A DNA stretch of 64,000 bases from a virus. Lineage: Duplodnaviria > Caudoviricetes. The position numbers and the translations under genes were made by a program. The notes under the pieces are model-generated. The model saw only the letters and a program-made list of their open reading frames with translations, was not told the DNA's origin and searched no databases. Below are positions 38,823 through 48,878 of this stretch, piece by piece. Where the stretch lies: positions 4,021-68,020 of the IMG/VR virus record IMGVR_UViG_3300033073_001660, one strand, 5' to 3'. Within the stretch, counting starts at the first letter, position 1; every line of letters begins with the position of its first letter.

Positions 38823-39653
38823 ATGCTTAATTGGATAAATCGAAATAAAGAATCAATAATTAGAATGGCATTTCTTGTGCCGATTCTATCAGTTGCAATA
38901 ATCTCAATCTCTCACGTGGTACGATGGTATGATCTAGCTAATCCTATCAGTTGGGCGATATACTTATCAATAGCTGTTGAGATTGCGGCTTTATCTTCAA
39001 TCGCAGCATCATCAGTTCGAGTAAAAGGTTTCTCAGTATGGTTTGTTTTTATAATTGTGACCCTGATTCAATTCATTGGAAATATTTACTTTAGTTATAC
39101 TGAGATCAATGTTACATCAAAGGAATTTAAAGATTGGGCTGAACTTACAGGTCCTCTTTTTGAATCATTTAGTGATATCGAAGATGCGGTTGCACAACGT
39201 CGACTTCTTGCAATATTAGAGGGAGGTCTTCTTCCATTAATCTCATTGACTTGTCTACATTTCTTTATTAAATATGGAGATCGAGATCTTGAGCAGCCTG
39301 TAGTATATCCAGAACAGCCTGACCTTGATGAGATCGAAGAAAAGATTGAAGAATATGAAAGCTCCAATCTATCTGATGAAGCTGATCGAGTTTGGGAAAA
39401 AGTTAAGGAATTAAGAGAAGAAGGAAAACTTCCTATTCCTACTGAAGAAGATCTTGTGGATGAACCAAGTGCGCTAGCCAACTCTCAATATAGATTAGAA
39501 GAAATAGATCAAACTCCTTCTATTGAAGACACAGTAAAATTCATCAGTGGCACAGAATCTAATCGAGATAAGTCAGAATTAAATGCAGTAAAACCTGGAG
39601 CGTCTTTAACTAAGAGGCCAATTGGTGGTGGCAATAAATTAAGACGTCAGTAA
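38823..39653 (+). CDS. Multi-pass membrane protein with acidic C-terminal tail
   Basis: Four hydrophobic segments in the N-terminal 150 aa and a Glu-rich tail. Confidence 0.6.
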   Translation: MLNWINRNKESIIRMAFLVPILSVAIISISHVVRWYDLANPISWAIYLSIAVEIAALSSIAASSVRVKGFSVWFVFIIVTLIQFIGNIYFSYTEINVTSKEFKDWAELTGPLFESFSDIEDAVAQRRLLAILEGGLLPLISLTCLHFFIKYGDRDLEQPVVYPEQPDLDEIEEKIEEYESSNLSDEADRVWEKVKELREEGKLPIPTEEDLVDEPSALANSQYRLEEIDQTPSIEDTVKFISGTESNRDKSELNAVKPGASLTKRPIGGGNKLRRQ

Positions 39654-39654
39654 A

Positions 39655-39661
39655 ATAAATA
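39655..39661 (+). promoter_or_regulatory. Late promoter core ATAAATA
   Basis: Upstream of ATG 39679. Confidence 0.5.
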
Positions 39662-39678
39662 ATAAAAAATACTGGCGA

Positions 39679-40206
39679 ATGATACCTAATTTAAACGAGA
39701 TATGCGACTGTTGTGGTGGTTATGAAAATCAACCAATGCTTCAACTGTTTGATAACAAGTGCTTCGGTATCGTTGATGGCAAGGAAATAACAGAAGACTT
39801 TTGCATAAAAGATTTTGCCTTTCCGACCGATGGTTATTCATGTGTAGGAATCACAGTTCAAGAGGACGGTGGAACCACTACACTATTCGATAATCAATTA
39901 CCAGTACCGATGGTATCATTAGAAAGCGGAAAGGCTTACGCTAGAGGTATCTTGTTAAAGATCACATATCCGACAAATGACCTAAATTCAGAAGAAATTC
40001 TGATCTCATCAAAAAACGTGATATTGACTATCGAAACTTATGATGGAATATCGACTGATTATCCACTATATAATTTCTTCTCGATCTTTACTAATCCTAA
40101 ATCAAACGATCCATCTCAAATAATAAATAAAATAGAGATAACTAATCCTAATGTTGATTATCCAATTAGAATATCAGCGTTAATTTTATTTGGAAATGCT
40201 CTGTAA
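39679..40206 (+). CDS. Hypothetical protein (late, likely structural)
   Basis: 175 aa ORF with N-terminal CDCCGG, following a late motif. Confidence 0.5.
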   Translation: MIPNLNEICDCCGGYENQPMLQLFDNKCFGIVDGKEITEDFCIKDFAFPTDGYSCVGITVQEDGGTTTLFDNQLPVPMVSLESGKAYARGILLKITYPTNDLNSEEILISSKNVILTIETYDGISTDYPLYNFFSIFTNPKSNDPSQIINKIEITNPNVDYPIRISALILFGNAL

Positions 40207-40220
40207 AAAACTTTAACGAA

Positions 40221-40628
40221 ATGACTAATTATGCGACTGAAATAATTGAAATTAATGCTGGTGTAAACTACGAGCCGACTTTTGTCAGAACAGATAAGAG
40301 ACTACCTGCAAATGTTCCAAGTTCACTAGGTTATTATCAGATTGGTGAGCTTCAGCAATATGGAAATGCAAGAGGCCCTATCTTTAAAGTTGAATTTGCA
40401 GATACTTCATCGATTGCTACTGCTTCACATGTTAAAATTTGGGGATTAGATAACGATGATACTAACGCTCCACTATATCCAATTGCATATCTTCAAACCT
40501 GGAGACCTATCTTAGACATATACGTGAAGAAATTTATCTTTTGTGACTCTTCTGGAGTAGAAGTGGACGAGGAAGGTAATTACACTGTGATTGGATACAA
40601 GAAAAAAACTCTACCTACCGTATACTAA
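40221..40628 (+). CDS. Hypothetical protein
   Basis: 135 aa ORF in the same operon. Confidence 0.5.
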   Translation: MTNYATEIIEINAGVNYEPTFVRTDKRLPANVPSSLGYYQIGELQQYGNARGPIFKVEFADTSSIATASHVKIWGLDNDDTNAPLYPIAYLQTWRPILDIYVKKFIFCDSSGVEVDEEGNYTVIGYKKKTLPTVY

Positions 40629-41095
40629 TGGAAAGAATTGACGAGTTTCATAGTGGGGCAGGAATGCCTTCAAAAGATTTTGGTCGAGGACTACCTTTTT
40701 ATGGAACAAAGGGAGATTTTAACTTTACAGTAGGTCGTAGTCAATTTACACCTGGAGTATCAATAAAGCAGACTCCCCTTACTGATATGTCAATTAAAGG
40801 GGATCCTGGATTATCTCCATTCGATTTGGAAATAAGTAAACTAAGATTCTATTATAAGCCCGGAGATAGGGTCAGAGGAACCATTGTTAACTCTCAAATA
40901 ACTTCAGAAAACGGTCGAGTTATCGTAGGCAAGTTAGATAAAATCGTTCCCAACTATTCCACTAACACGATTAGAGCATGGGTAAAAAACCCATCTACTC
41001 TTGAATCGACTGAGATTTATGTAGATTCAATAGAACGAATCTATGAAAGTGTATCTAGTCGAGCGTTGAGTTTTTCCCAATTCATTAATTCTTAA
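40628..41095 (+). CDS. Hypothetical protein with SH3/KOW-like segment and C-terminal capsid-targeting-like motif
   Basis: YKPGDRVRG...IVGKLDKIV; ends in ALSFSQFINS. Confidence 0.5.
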   Translation: MERIDEFHSGAGMPSKDFGRGLPFYGTKGDFNFTVGRSQFTPGVSIKQTPLTDMSIKGDPGLSPFDLEISKLRFYYKPGDRVRGTIVNSQITSENGRVIVGKLDKIVPNYSTNTIRAWVKNPSTLESTEIYVDSIERIYESVSSRALSFSQFINS

Positions 41096-41113
41096 GCAAA
41101 TTCTACTTTACTA

Positions 41114-41140
41114 GAACCAATTACTGTTTTTTGTATATAA
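41114..41140 (+). promoter_or_regulatory. Putative non-late promoter GAAC-N15-GTATATAA
   Basis: Upstream of ATG 41159. Confidence 0.4.
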
Positions 41141-41158
41141 AATAAAAAACTATTTTTT

Positions 41159-42151
41159 ATGCAATCACCTGGAATTGACGATGAAGAAGCAGCTCGTTTC
41201 TTAGAAGAACAAGACAGATTACACGGGATAAACACGATCAAGGTCGAAGAGACTGTTGATGAGCCTGTACAAAAGAGTCTTGGTCAAATCAAAGGATATA
41301 CTGAATCTCCTGAATTATCAGCAGCATCTGAATCTTCTTGGAAACTTTTAGATTTAAGATCACTGCCTTCGCAAGGATTATTTTATCCAGAAGGAACTGA
41401 ACTCTTATTAAGATCAGCTAAAACTAAAGAGATCCGTCACTGGTCTACGATCGATGAAAATGATCCTCTGGATGTCAGAGAAAAAATCAACTTTGTTCTA
41501 AATGCATGTACTAAAATTAGAGTAGTCGGTGGACGTCCTCTAAATTTTAATGATTTTCTAGAGATCGATCGATATCATATCCTATTTAGACTATATGAAT
41601 TGACTTTCCCGAATCAAGAGAATAAGCTCTGGGCCAATATTAAATGTGACCACGATTCTTACATAAACCGAACTCAAGTATTGAGTGCTAACTTAAGAGG
41701 GTTCGAATATCCAGCAGAATTAATGAAATGGTATTCTGAGGAGGATCGTTGTTTTAAAATAGTTTCAGAAAAACTCAATGAGACGTTTTATCTATATTTG
41801 CCTACGATTGGGGTAGAGAATAAGTTTAGATTAAAGAGACAAGACGATGTCAACAAAGGCGTAGAAATAGATGAAGCCTTCTATGAGTTCGGTCCATACT
41901 TAATTAAAGACTGGCGAGCGGTTTCTAATAACTCTCTTACTGATTTGAAGTTTAATTCAAACTCTTGGCAAGACAATAAATTCGTCTTCATATATAAGTT
42001 CACCAAGCAATTAAAAGAGGCAAGTCTAAATAAAGTATTAAGCATTTGTGAAAAATGTAAGAATACGACGGAGAGCCACATTTTTTTGGAAGGAAGCTTC
42101 ACTGTCAAAGATATTTTCATTATTTCAGCTGGACTTGATGAACTTATTTAA
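41159..42151 (+). CDS. Baseplate hub assembly protein (T4 gp26-like)
   Basis: LPSQGLFYP...LRSAKTKEIR...EIDRYHILFRLYELTF; Cys motifs CDHD and CEKC. Confidence 0.65.
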   Translation: MQSPGIDDEEAARFLEEQDRLHGINTIKVEETVDEPVQKSLGQIKGYTESPELSAASESSWKLLDLRSLPSQGLFYPEGTELLLRSAKTKEIRHWSTIDENDPLDVREKINFVLNACTKIRVVGGRPLNFNDFLEIDRYHILFRLYELTFPNQENKLWANIKCDHDSYINRTQVLSANLRGFEYPAELMKWYSEEDRCFKIVSEKLNETFYLYLPTIGVENKFRLKRQDDVNKGVEIDEAFYEFGPYLIKDWRAVSNNSLTDLKFNSNSWQDNKFVFIYKFTKQLKEASLNKVLSICEKCKNTTESHIFLEGSFTVKDIFIISAGLDELI

Positions 42152-42356
42152 GCTTAATAAAGACTTGGCAGTGAAGCTTAATCAATCGTTTGATACCTTA
42201 TATGAACTAGAATACATGGAATACTCTCTACTCTTAAATATCGTCAACGATGAGATAGAGAAAAAGAATAATCCAGATGACGTGTTTACTAATATTATGA
42301 GCAGTAACAATCAGCCATTGAAGGTTAATCTTCCAGATAACCTAAAACTTAAATAA
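42138..42356 (+). CDS. Baseplate hub assembly catalyst (T4 gp51-like)
   Basis: MNLFKLNKDLAVKLNQSFDTLYELEYMEYSLLLNIVNDEIEKKN resembles gp51. It follows the gp26-like gene as in T4; ATG at 42138. Confidence 0.55.
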   Translation: MNLFKLNKDLAVKLNQSFDTLYELEYMEYSLLLNIVNDEIEKKNNPDDVFTNIMSSNNQPLKVNLPDNLKLK

Positions 42357-42359
42357 ATA
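42353..42359 (+). promoter_or_regulatory. Late promoter core ATAAATA
   Basis: Upstream of TTG 42379. Confidence 0.5.
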
Positions 42360-42378
42360 ATAAAAATAATATCTTGAG

Positions 42379-44184
42379 TTGGGTAAAAAGATAAAGGAGT
42401 CAGAAAGACCTGCTGAATTTTCAAGAATTCGTGACATAGTATTTAAGGGTGCTGGCGTAAGATATGTTAGCGGAAACACAGTAGACGATGAAATATATCG
42501 TCGTGCTCTTAGAAGATTTGGACTCGTTGATGATTCAATGAAATTTCAATATCCTGACGCAATCGGAGGATATGATTTTAAATCAGAAGAGGGCATTACC
42601 AGTTTTATGGCACAGGCGGCCAAGGAGTATGCTGAAATCGATAGAGGAATAACAGCTGATCCTGCATCAATGAAACATGATTTGTGGCCTCTATTTACAG
42701 TTGAGCACAATCCTAAATACCAACCATTTGTCGATGGTGAATTAGCTTCAATTAAAATGAACTATTCACAACTAAGTCAAATACTTAAAGCTGGCGAGAC
42801 AGATATTGCAAAAGCGAGAGCAGCAGCGAAGGGGACTAGTTTAGAAGGGACAGTCGGCAGTCCATTTGATCTTGCTGAAAGCCTGATGTATACTATCAAT
42901 CTGCGATATATTCAAAGCTTCGGATATAAGTTACAGGGATTTAAAGATAAGGGAGCAGCAACTGCTTTATTTGATGAAGTTCAAAGAAATCTAGCAGACG
43001 GGGCTCCATTTAAGCTAAGTAAAGAGGAACAAAATGCTCGAGAAATGGCTGAACTTAAAAGCCTGTCTGAATCAAATAAGTCTCCAGTAAATTCTTCAGG
43101 TCCTCGTGCAACACCGACTAGTGAAGGATCTGCTGCACCTTCTATAAATTCTACTGAGCCTGAAGCTAAACCTACTAAAGCTGCCTCGAATAGTACTATA
43201 AACCCAGCGGCAGCCAAGTCTTCTGAAACGACTGCTGTTACTAATTCAGAAGGGGGAGTAACGTCTAAGACCGGTGAACTTCAAGCTGAAAAAGTAGTAG
43301 AGACTACTCCTAGTCAAGCGGTAAACATTAATCTTGAAACTAAACAAGCTAATCCTGCATCTGCTGAACCTGCTGCAAATTCGACTACTGTATTAAATAC
43401 TTCAAGTGCAACTACAATAAATGATACATCTGCTCCATCTTCCGTAACAAATAATTCAGCTTCTTCATCAAGTTCAGTTGGAGCAACTAGTGATAAGAAG
43501 GTACTTAATGTTGAGAATACAAATAATCAGTCTTCATCAAGTACAGTAAATGAATCCAATAAAGAAAAAGAAAAGGGAGGATTCTTATCGAAAGTAGGTA
43601 ATTTTGCAAAGAAAGCAGGTGCAGCTTTAAACTTACCGTCAATTGCTGAAATAGGCGGACAGGCTAAGGGTTTATTTGGGGCAACTACTGCAAATATTAA
43701 TTCAAGAATATCTGAAGTAAAAGAATCATTTACGAAAAATTCAAAGGATCAAATAAATCCGTTTTCTGCTAAGACTGAAACAAGCACGACTAATAATTCT
43801 TCAAATACTACTTCTTCAGCTAATCCGACATCTACCTCAAATTCAAATGAAATTATTAAGACTAATAATCAGACTACTATGAACGTTGAGCAGAGTAAAC
43901 CTAGCATGACAGAAGCTACGCCTGCCTCTACTACAAATCAACAGACGTCGACTAGTGCATCGAACACCGTCTTAAATACAAATACACAATCGGTAGCTAG
44001 TACACCACAATCAACTTCGACTACTGCACAATCTACTCAACCGGCTCCTTCCCAAACAGGTCAGCCTGCTGCAGGTGCACCTGGCGTAAATGTAAATACT
44101 GATTTATCGCAACTTGCACAATCAATAATGAGACTTGAACGAATATTAATAAGCGGAATCGACGTAACTATAAAAGACACATAA
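42379..44184 (+). CDS. Low-complexity Ser/Thr/Asn-rich tail protein (tape-measure/hub position)
   Basis: 601 aa; the C-terminal ~370 aa are largely low-complexity S/T/N/A. It follows the gp26/gp51-like genes. Confidence 0.4.
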   Translation: MGKKIKESERPAEFSRIRDIVFKGAGVRYVSGNTVDDEIYRRALRRFGLVDDSMKFQYPDAIGGYDFKSEEGITSFMAQAAKEYAEIDRGITADPASMKHDLWPLFTVEHNPKYQPFVDGELASIKMNYSQLSQILKAGETDIAKARAAAKGTSLEGTVGSPFDLAESLMYTINLRYIQSFGYKLQGFKDKGAATALFDEVQRNLADGAPFKLSKEEQNAREMAELKSLSESNKSPVNSSGPRATPTSEGSAAPSINSTEPEAKPTKAASNSTINPAAAKSSETTAVTNSEGGVTSKTGELQAEKVVETTPSQAVNINLETKQANPASAEPAANSTTVLNTSSATTINDTSAPSSVTNNSASSSSSVGATSDKKVLNVENTNNQSSSSTVNESNKEKEKGGFLSKVGNFAKKAGAALNLPSIAEIGGQAKGLFGATTANINSRISEVKESFTKNSKDQINPFSAKTETSTTNNSSNTTSSANPTSTSNSNEIIKTNNQTTMNVEQSKPSMTEATPASTTNQQTSTSASNTVLNTNTQSVASTPQSTSTTAQSTQPAPSQTGQPAAGAPGVNVNTDLSQLAQSIMRLERILISGIDVTIKDT

Positions 44185-44185
44185 T

Positions 44186-44425
44186 ATGGAAAAGACATTG
44201 ACTGGGCAATTACATAGCCTATACTTAACTTACTCTGCAATAAACTCTCAATTTAATCGAATTGAAAGCGAAGCCGCTCGACTAGAGGAGGAGCGAAAAA
44301 CCGTTAGTGAGATACTTCATAATACTCGAGAACAGGAAAAAGAAGTAATAAATAAACTAGAGAATGTACTAGGTAAAAAGTTAACACCCAATGATATTCT
44401 TGAAATAATTAAACAATATGAATAA
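44186..44425 (+). CDS. Small coiled-coil protein
   Basis: 79 aa with heptad pattern FNRIESEAARLEEERKTVSEIL. Confidence 0.55.
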   Translation: MEKTLTGQLHSLYLTYSAINSQFNRIESEAARLEEERKTVSEILHNTREQEKEVINKLENVLGKKLTPNDILEIIKQYE

Positions 44426-45206
44426 AGATACGATATACCGTGCGCTTGGTGCAATCTTAATAATTATAATTGCATTACTTCTTTTCAAAAACTGTCAACT
44501 TCAAAGGGACACTGACCGTGAAATAAATGATCTTAAAAAATCAATTATTGCGTCTGATAAATTGACAAAAGAAGCAAATGGTCGATATGCTAAGCTTGTA
44601 GATTATTATGCTACTCAAGGTGATCTCATGAAGGATCTGAAAGAATCAAATAAAGATCTTTATAAAACCATTAAGAAACAAGATGAACGCTTATTAAGCA
44701 TAACAAACTCAATAATAACATTAGATCGAAAAGTAGTTCAAGGTTTTGCACAAACTGACCCAGTTGATACAAATAAGTTAAATCTTTCTCTAAAATATCC
44801 TGATGAAAAAGATCCATTTGTATTTTGGGATGGTTGGGTAAATAAGAATACTGCCGCATACAAAGGGACTTTCTCGTTCGGTAAACTTCCAATTCAAGTA
44901 ATCTTAACTGAAGAGTCTAGAGGTTTATGGAAAAGTAGAATCGTTGGTCCTGAATGGTTAAAAGTAGATTCGTTATCAATTAAGAGCATACCGCCAGAAG
45001 AATATGCAGTAGTCAAACCTAAAAATTTACAATGGTTAATCGGTGGGTCATATGTATATAACATGACCAATAGTAGCCAAGGAGTTGGTGTAAATTTTGG
45101 AGTAAATTTATTTGATAAACATAACGTCATATTGGGTGCAAACACTCTAAATCAAGTAAGTCTAGGTTACATGTATAAGATCAAGACGTTTAAAAGAAAA
45201 AAGTAA
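44418..45206 (+). CDS. Membrane-anchored protein with coiled coil and C-terminal amphipathic beta strands (spanin-like)
   Basis: N-terminal ILIIIIALLLFKNC, a coiled coil, and C-terminal WLIGGSYVY...GVGVNFGVNLF...VSLGYMYKI. Confidence 0.45.
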   Translation: MNKDTIYRALGAILIIIIALLLFKNCQLQRDTDREINDLKKSIIASDKLTKEANGRYAKLVDYYATQGDLMKDLKESNKDLYKTIKKQDERLLSITNSIITLDRKVVQGFAQTDPVDTNKLNLSLKYPDEKDPFVFWDGWVNKNTAAYKGTFSFGKLPIQVILTEESRGLWKSRIVGPEWLKVDSLSIKSIPPEEYAVVKPKNLQWLIGGSYVYNMTNSSQGVGVNFGVNLFDKHNVILGANTLNQVSLGYMYKIKTFKRKK

Positions 45207-45209
45207 ATA

Positions 45210-47210
45210 ATGGCACAAAGTAGATTCATAAATTTATCTTCTTACTGTATTGTCGAATATCAGTTTGAACAACTAGGCTCTCTTAATTTCTATAATGAAG
45301 ATTTTACGTTTGTTGAAAATTCTATTACTGGAGAGCATCAGATATTCAATACGGATGCCTCATACAATACGTTAAAGAATATCCAAGACTTATCTGTTAT
45401 CTCAATCGGAAATAATGCGTATGCATATTTAGATAGCGAGAAAGTTCCTAATTATCTTGCATATAATACACAATTGACGTCGACTACGTTATCTGGGTAT
45501 AACGTTGTGATGGATAAAGTAAGGTTTCACTTTGTTGCTGGTTTTGATTTTGATAATTTTAAAGCCTTAATCCTATCCATTAATAATACTGAAAATACTG
45601 GAACAAAGTGTATATTTTCAAATATATTATTGGCACCAGAAACAATTTCTCAGTTAATAATCTTTAACGCAAAACCGCTATTTCTCTCAAATGCAGTATA
45701 CGATCGATATATTGATATCTATGTACCATCAATAAAGAACATTAATAATGATTTTGAAACAGCACCGATTCCTGGAAACACTTTCTCTGCTGCGATTACG
45801 CCAAGTCCAAGCGGACCAGTCGGGTTTATTACAAATGATCCAATATCAATCTCTCTAATTGAGTGTGGTACGAAAAAGACCATTTACACAAATACATCGA
45901 TTTCATACGACTCATATATAGCAACTGACGTATATAATGCAACTGTTTCTCAAACCAATGAATTTGATAATGTTGGTGCATATGTTAATGAATCAGCAGT
46001 CGGTGATTACTTAGAGTTTTATCTTACCTTCAATTCAGCTTTTCCTGGAGAACTAATATCAATCCTAAATAAAAGAAACCCGGCAGATGACTGGATTATC
46101 GTACATCAGTTAAGCGTGTTTGAACAGGTTGGGTCAGCTTTTATCAATACTTCAAGACTAGTCTTTTTCCAAGAAGACTCATATGACGAACCTAATGTAT
46201 TTAGACCAGTCCTTAAATATGCACATGAGGCAATTAGCATGTCGGTAGATTATATTGCACGACTAACCAATCGTCGAAACGGAGAACAAATAATTAGAGA
46301 AGCATCGTTTAACCTAGTTTCTCCAAAAAAATATGGAAGAAACCTAATAAACTTACCGCTATTAGAAAAGCCTCAATCTCAAAAGATCTATAATAAGATC
46401 GTTAAGAATAACTTTGAATCGACTGCTCTATTCATTGAACCTACGCCAGTTGGAAAACAACCAATTATTACACCAGCTGTACCTTCTCAAATAACTGAAG
46501 TTGTTCGTACTGAGTTTATTCCGATCTTTTTTAACAATAATAACATTTCGATATCCAATGTTAATTCAATGGTACAATCATCTGATGCTTCAGATGAGGT
46601 CATTTTTAGTCCAGGAAAACTTAGGTTTATCTTTTCCCCATTCGATAACGTACTTAAATTAAAAGTATTTACCGAAGCTACTCTAGCAAATGCTGAAAAC
46701 CCATTAGTCCCACTAGACTTGAATGTGAACGCTGCAAAATATAGATTAGTATTTGAGACTACTACTGGTAAAATATCAATCGATAACGTAAATGATTCAA
46801 ATCAGGAAAACTTATCAACTGGTCAAATCACATTTAATATCGCTAAAAAAGACAGTGAATCCATCACCGGTTCTTCAAATAGAACAGTATATCTAGTGTC
46901 AGTCTCACAAGACGGTCGAGAGACTCTAATGTACACTGGAGAATGGAGAAAACCTAGTGAGCAGGCTGATGTCGATGCTGCAATTGCTCAAGCAAAAGCC
47001 GACGCTGCTTCAAAGAAGGACATGTCCAAAATACTTACTGGAATCAAGGACAGATTATCACTTATCACTAAATTAGATCTTGCAAATAAAGTTGATTTAA
47101 GGTCTAATGTTAAAACTAAGGGTGAAGCGCCAGTTGTAAATAGATTCGGTGTTGCCGGTTCAAAATCCATACAGACAAATGGATCGAACGCTAAGAACCT
47201 AAATAAGTAA
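45210..47210 (+). CDS. Hypothetical virion structural protein
   Basis: 666 aa beta-rich ORF in the late operon. Confidence 0.5.
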   Translation: MAQSRFINLSSYCIVEYQFEQLGSLNFYNEDFTFVENSITGEHQIFNTDASYNTLKNIQDLSVISIGNNAYAYLDSEKVPNYLAYNTQLTSTTLSGYNVVMDKVRFHFVAGFDFDNFKALILSINNTENTGTKCIFSNILLAPETISQLIIFNAKPLFLSNAVYDRYIDIYVPSIKNINNDFETAPIPGNTFSAAITPSPSGPVGFITNDPISISLIECGTKKTIYTNTSISYDSYIATDVYNATVSQTNEFDNVGAYVNESAVGDYLEFYLTFNSAFPGELISILNKRNPADDWIIVHQLSVFEQVGSAFINTSRLVFFQEDSYDEPNVFRPVLKYAHEAISMSVDYIARLTNRRNGEQIIREASFNLVSPKKYGRNLINLPLLEKPQSQKIYNKIVKNNFESTALFIEPTPVGKQPIITPAVPSQITEVVRTEFIPIFFNNNNISISNVNSMVQSSDASDEVIFSPGKLRFIFSPFDNVLKLKVFTEATLANAENPLVPLDLNVNAAKYRLVFETTTGKISIDNVNDSNQENLSTGQITFNIAKKDSESITGSSNRTVYLVSVSQDGRETLMYTGEWRKPSEQADVDAAIAQAKADAASKKDMSKILTGIKDRLSLITKLDLANKVDLRSNVKTKGEAPVVNRFGVAGSKSIQTNGSNAKNLNK

Positions 47211-47253
47211 TCAAATATAAATCCTAACAATAAATAATTAGCGATTTATTGAG

Positions 47254-47260
47254 ATAAATA
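47254..47260 (+). promoter_or_regulatory. Late promoter GATAAATA
   Basis: Upstream of ATG 47283; a second ATAAATA lies at 47230-47236. Confidence 0.55.
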
Positions 47261-47282
47261 AAAAAAAATAATAAGGCACGAA

Positions 47283-48878
47283 ATGAAAGGCTTCGTAGAC
47301 AAGATATTAACTGAACTTAAGAATAATTCTACTCTTAAATCAGAACCACTTGTAAAACTTTTAACTGAATCTATTGATAAATCCATTTCTTTAGGTGAAT
47401 CTACTCCTTCGATCTATGAGAATTTGAAGAGTGGACTTACTTCAATTAATGCTAAAGTTAAAAGCAAACAATTAAACGCGATCTTAGAACAATTTACTAA
47501 AATCGAAACTACTCCAGAATCTAAAACTTTTGATATCGCAAAGAAAGTAAACCTTTCTGAAAAATTAAAAGCGATTAAAGAATCTAAATCTGGCACAAAC
47601 CCTATAGTTAAAGGCCAAGTAGAAGTCTTTGAATCTTATTTGATTAACGGAACTCCTGATTTTGCACTATGCGAAGGATTCATTCAATTCTTTTCAAATC
47701 ATAAATATGATTCTGCTATCAAAAAACAAGTTGAGAAAGTTCAAAAGTACATCAATGAGAACAAGTCAGAAATATTATTTTTGAACGCGATCTATTCAAT
47801 GGATGCTATGCCAAACGGACAGTATTCAGCAGTTAGTTCAGATCTTAAACGAATGTTGATCGCTGAGTCTTACACTTCAGATATCCTTAAACTTAAATAC
47901 GGAACATCTGTTCCTCTAATCAATCAACTAGTAGGTGAATTAAGATTACTTGAGTCTCAGCAAATGGGATATTTTACATTAGGTGAAGGAGATTCGTTTA
48001 CTACTGTAACTAACCTGATCACTCCTGCGACTAAGGCAAAGGACGGAATGATTCTTTATATGGATAACCGATTCGTTTCAATCCGTGAATCTAGAGGACT
48101 TACTGGTAAAGAGACTAAGGTGCATATCGATGGATCTTTCAAAATCGCAGAAGTTGATCCAAACTATGTTAAAGAGAAGTTTCCTAAATTCTATAGTGTT
48201 GCTGAATCTTTTGCTACTCTAGGATTTACTAAAAACGTTGATGGAACCAGTGTAGATTCTTCAGCGATTAGAAATTTCAACATCAGCTTTAAAACAAATG
48301 AGGAAAGAGAATTAGATCTTTATCTAAATGAGTCTAAAGTTTCTAATCTAGATGAAATCAACTTAATGGAAGCTCTTTCTTTAGAAAGCAATGAGATCAA
48401 AAACCGAGTAATTAATCTTTTTGAAAACTCAAGCAATTTGTTTAACTTTGATTTCATTAAAGAATTGACCAATGATCGTACGTTAAGCGAAGCATTTGTT
48501 CTTAAATTAAATAATGAGTTCTATATTTGTGAAAAATTAAATGCAGCAGATAGAGAATGGAGAAAAGTAGATGAGTACGAAATGTACGACTTCTGTATGA
48601 ACAAATTCAATTATGACATCAGCCCTATCTTTAAAACAAAGATCGATGAGAAAGTTGATGCATATAAGAAGATCGAAGACAGAAAAAACGCAATTTCAGT
48701 CGATATCACTAAACTTGAGGATACTATGGAAAAGCTACAAAAAGCTATTTCAAGTCCTGATCTTGATTCAGAAGCAATTAAGAAACTTACAGGAATTAGA
48801 GAATCAATCGAATCTACGATTACTGCTCTTAAAAATGATTATGTTGGACTAGACCTATTCAAAAAGGATATAAAATGA
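47283..48878 (+). CDS. Putative prohead core/internal head protein
   Basis: 531 aa helical protein with many hydrophobic-x-E(S) sites (LLTES, LGES, IKES, LLES, LNES), resembling T4 gp21 protease substrates; C-terminal coiled coil. Confidence 0.4.
   Translation: MKGFVDKILTELKNNSTLKSEPLVKLLTESIDKSISLGESTPSIYENLKSGLTSINAKVKSKQLNAILEQFTKIETTPESKTFDIAKKVNLSEKLKAIKESKSGTNPIVKGQVEVFESYLINGTPDFALCEGFIQFFSNHKYDSAIKKQVEKVQKYINENKSEILFLNAIYSMDAMPNGQYSAVSSDLKRMLIAESYTSDILKLKYGTSVPLINQLVGELRLLESQQMGYFTLGEGDSFTTVTNLITPATKAKDGMILYMDNRFVSIRESRGLTGKETKVHIDGSFKIAEVDPNYVKEKFPKFYSVAESFATLGFTKNVDGTSVDSSAIRNFNISFKTNEERELDLYLNESKVSNLDEINLMEALSLESNEIKNRVINLFENSSNLFNFDFIKELTNDRTLSEAFVLKLNNEFYICEKLNAADREWRKVDEYEMYDFCMNKFNYDISPIFKTKIDEKVDAYKKIEDRKNAISVDITKLEDTMEKLQKAISSPDLDSEAIKKLTGIRESIESTITALKNDYVGLDLFKKDIK

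Noticed and set aside
47228-47251. 8-bp inverted repeat CAATAAAT/ATTTATTG near a late promoter
   Set aside because: It is almost all A/T, weak, and does not cover the start codon, so it is plausible by chance.
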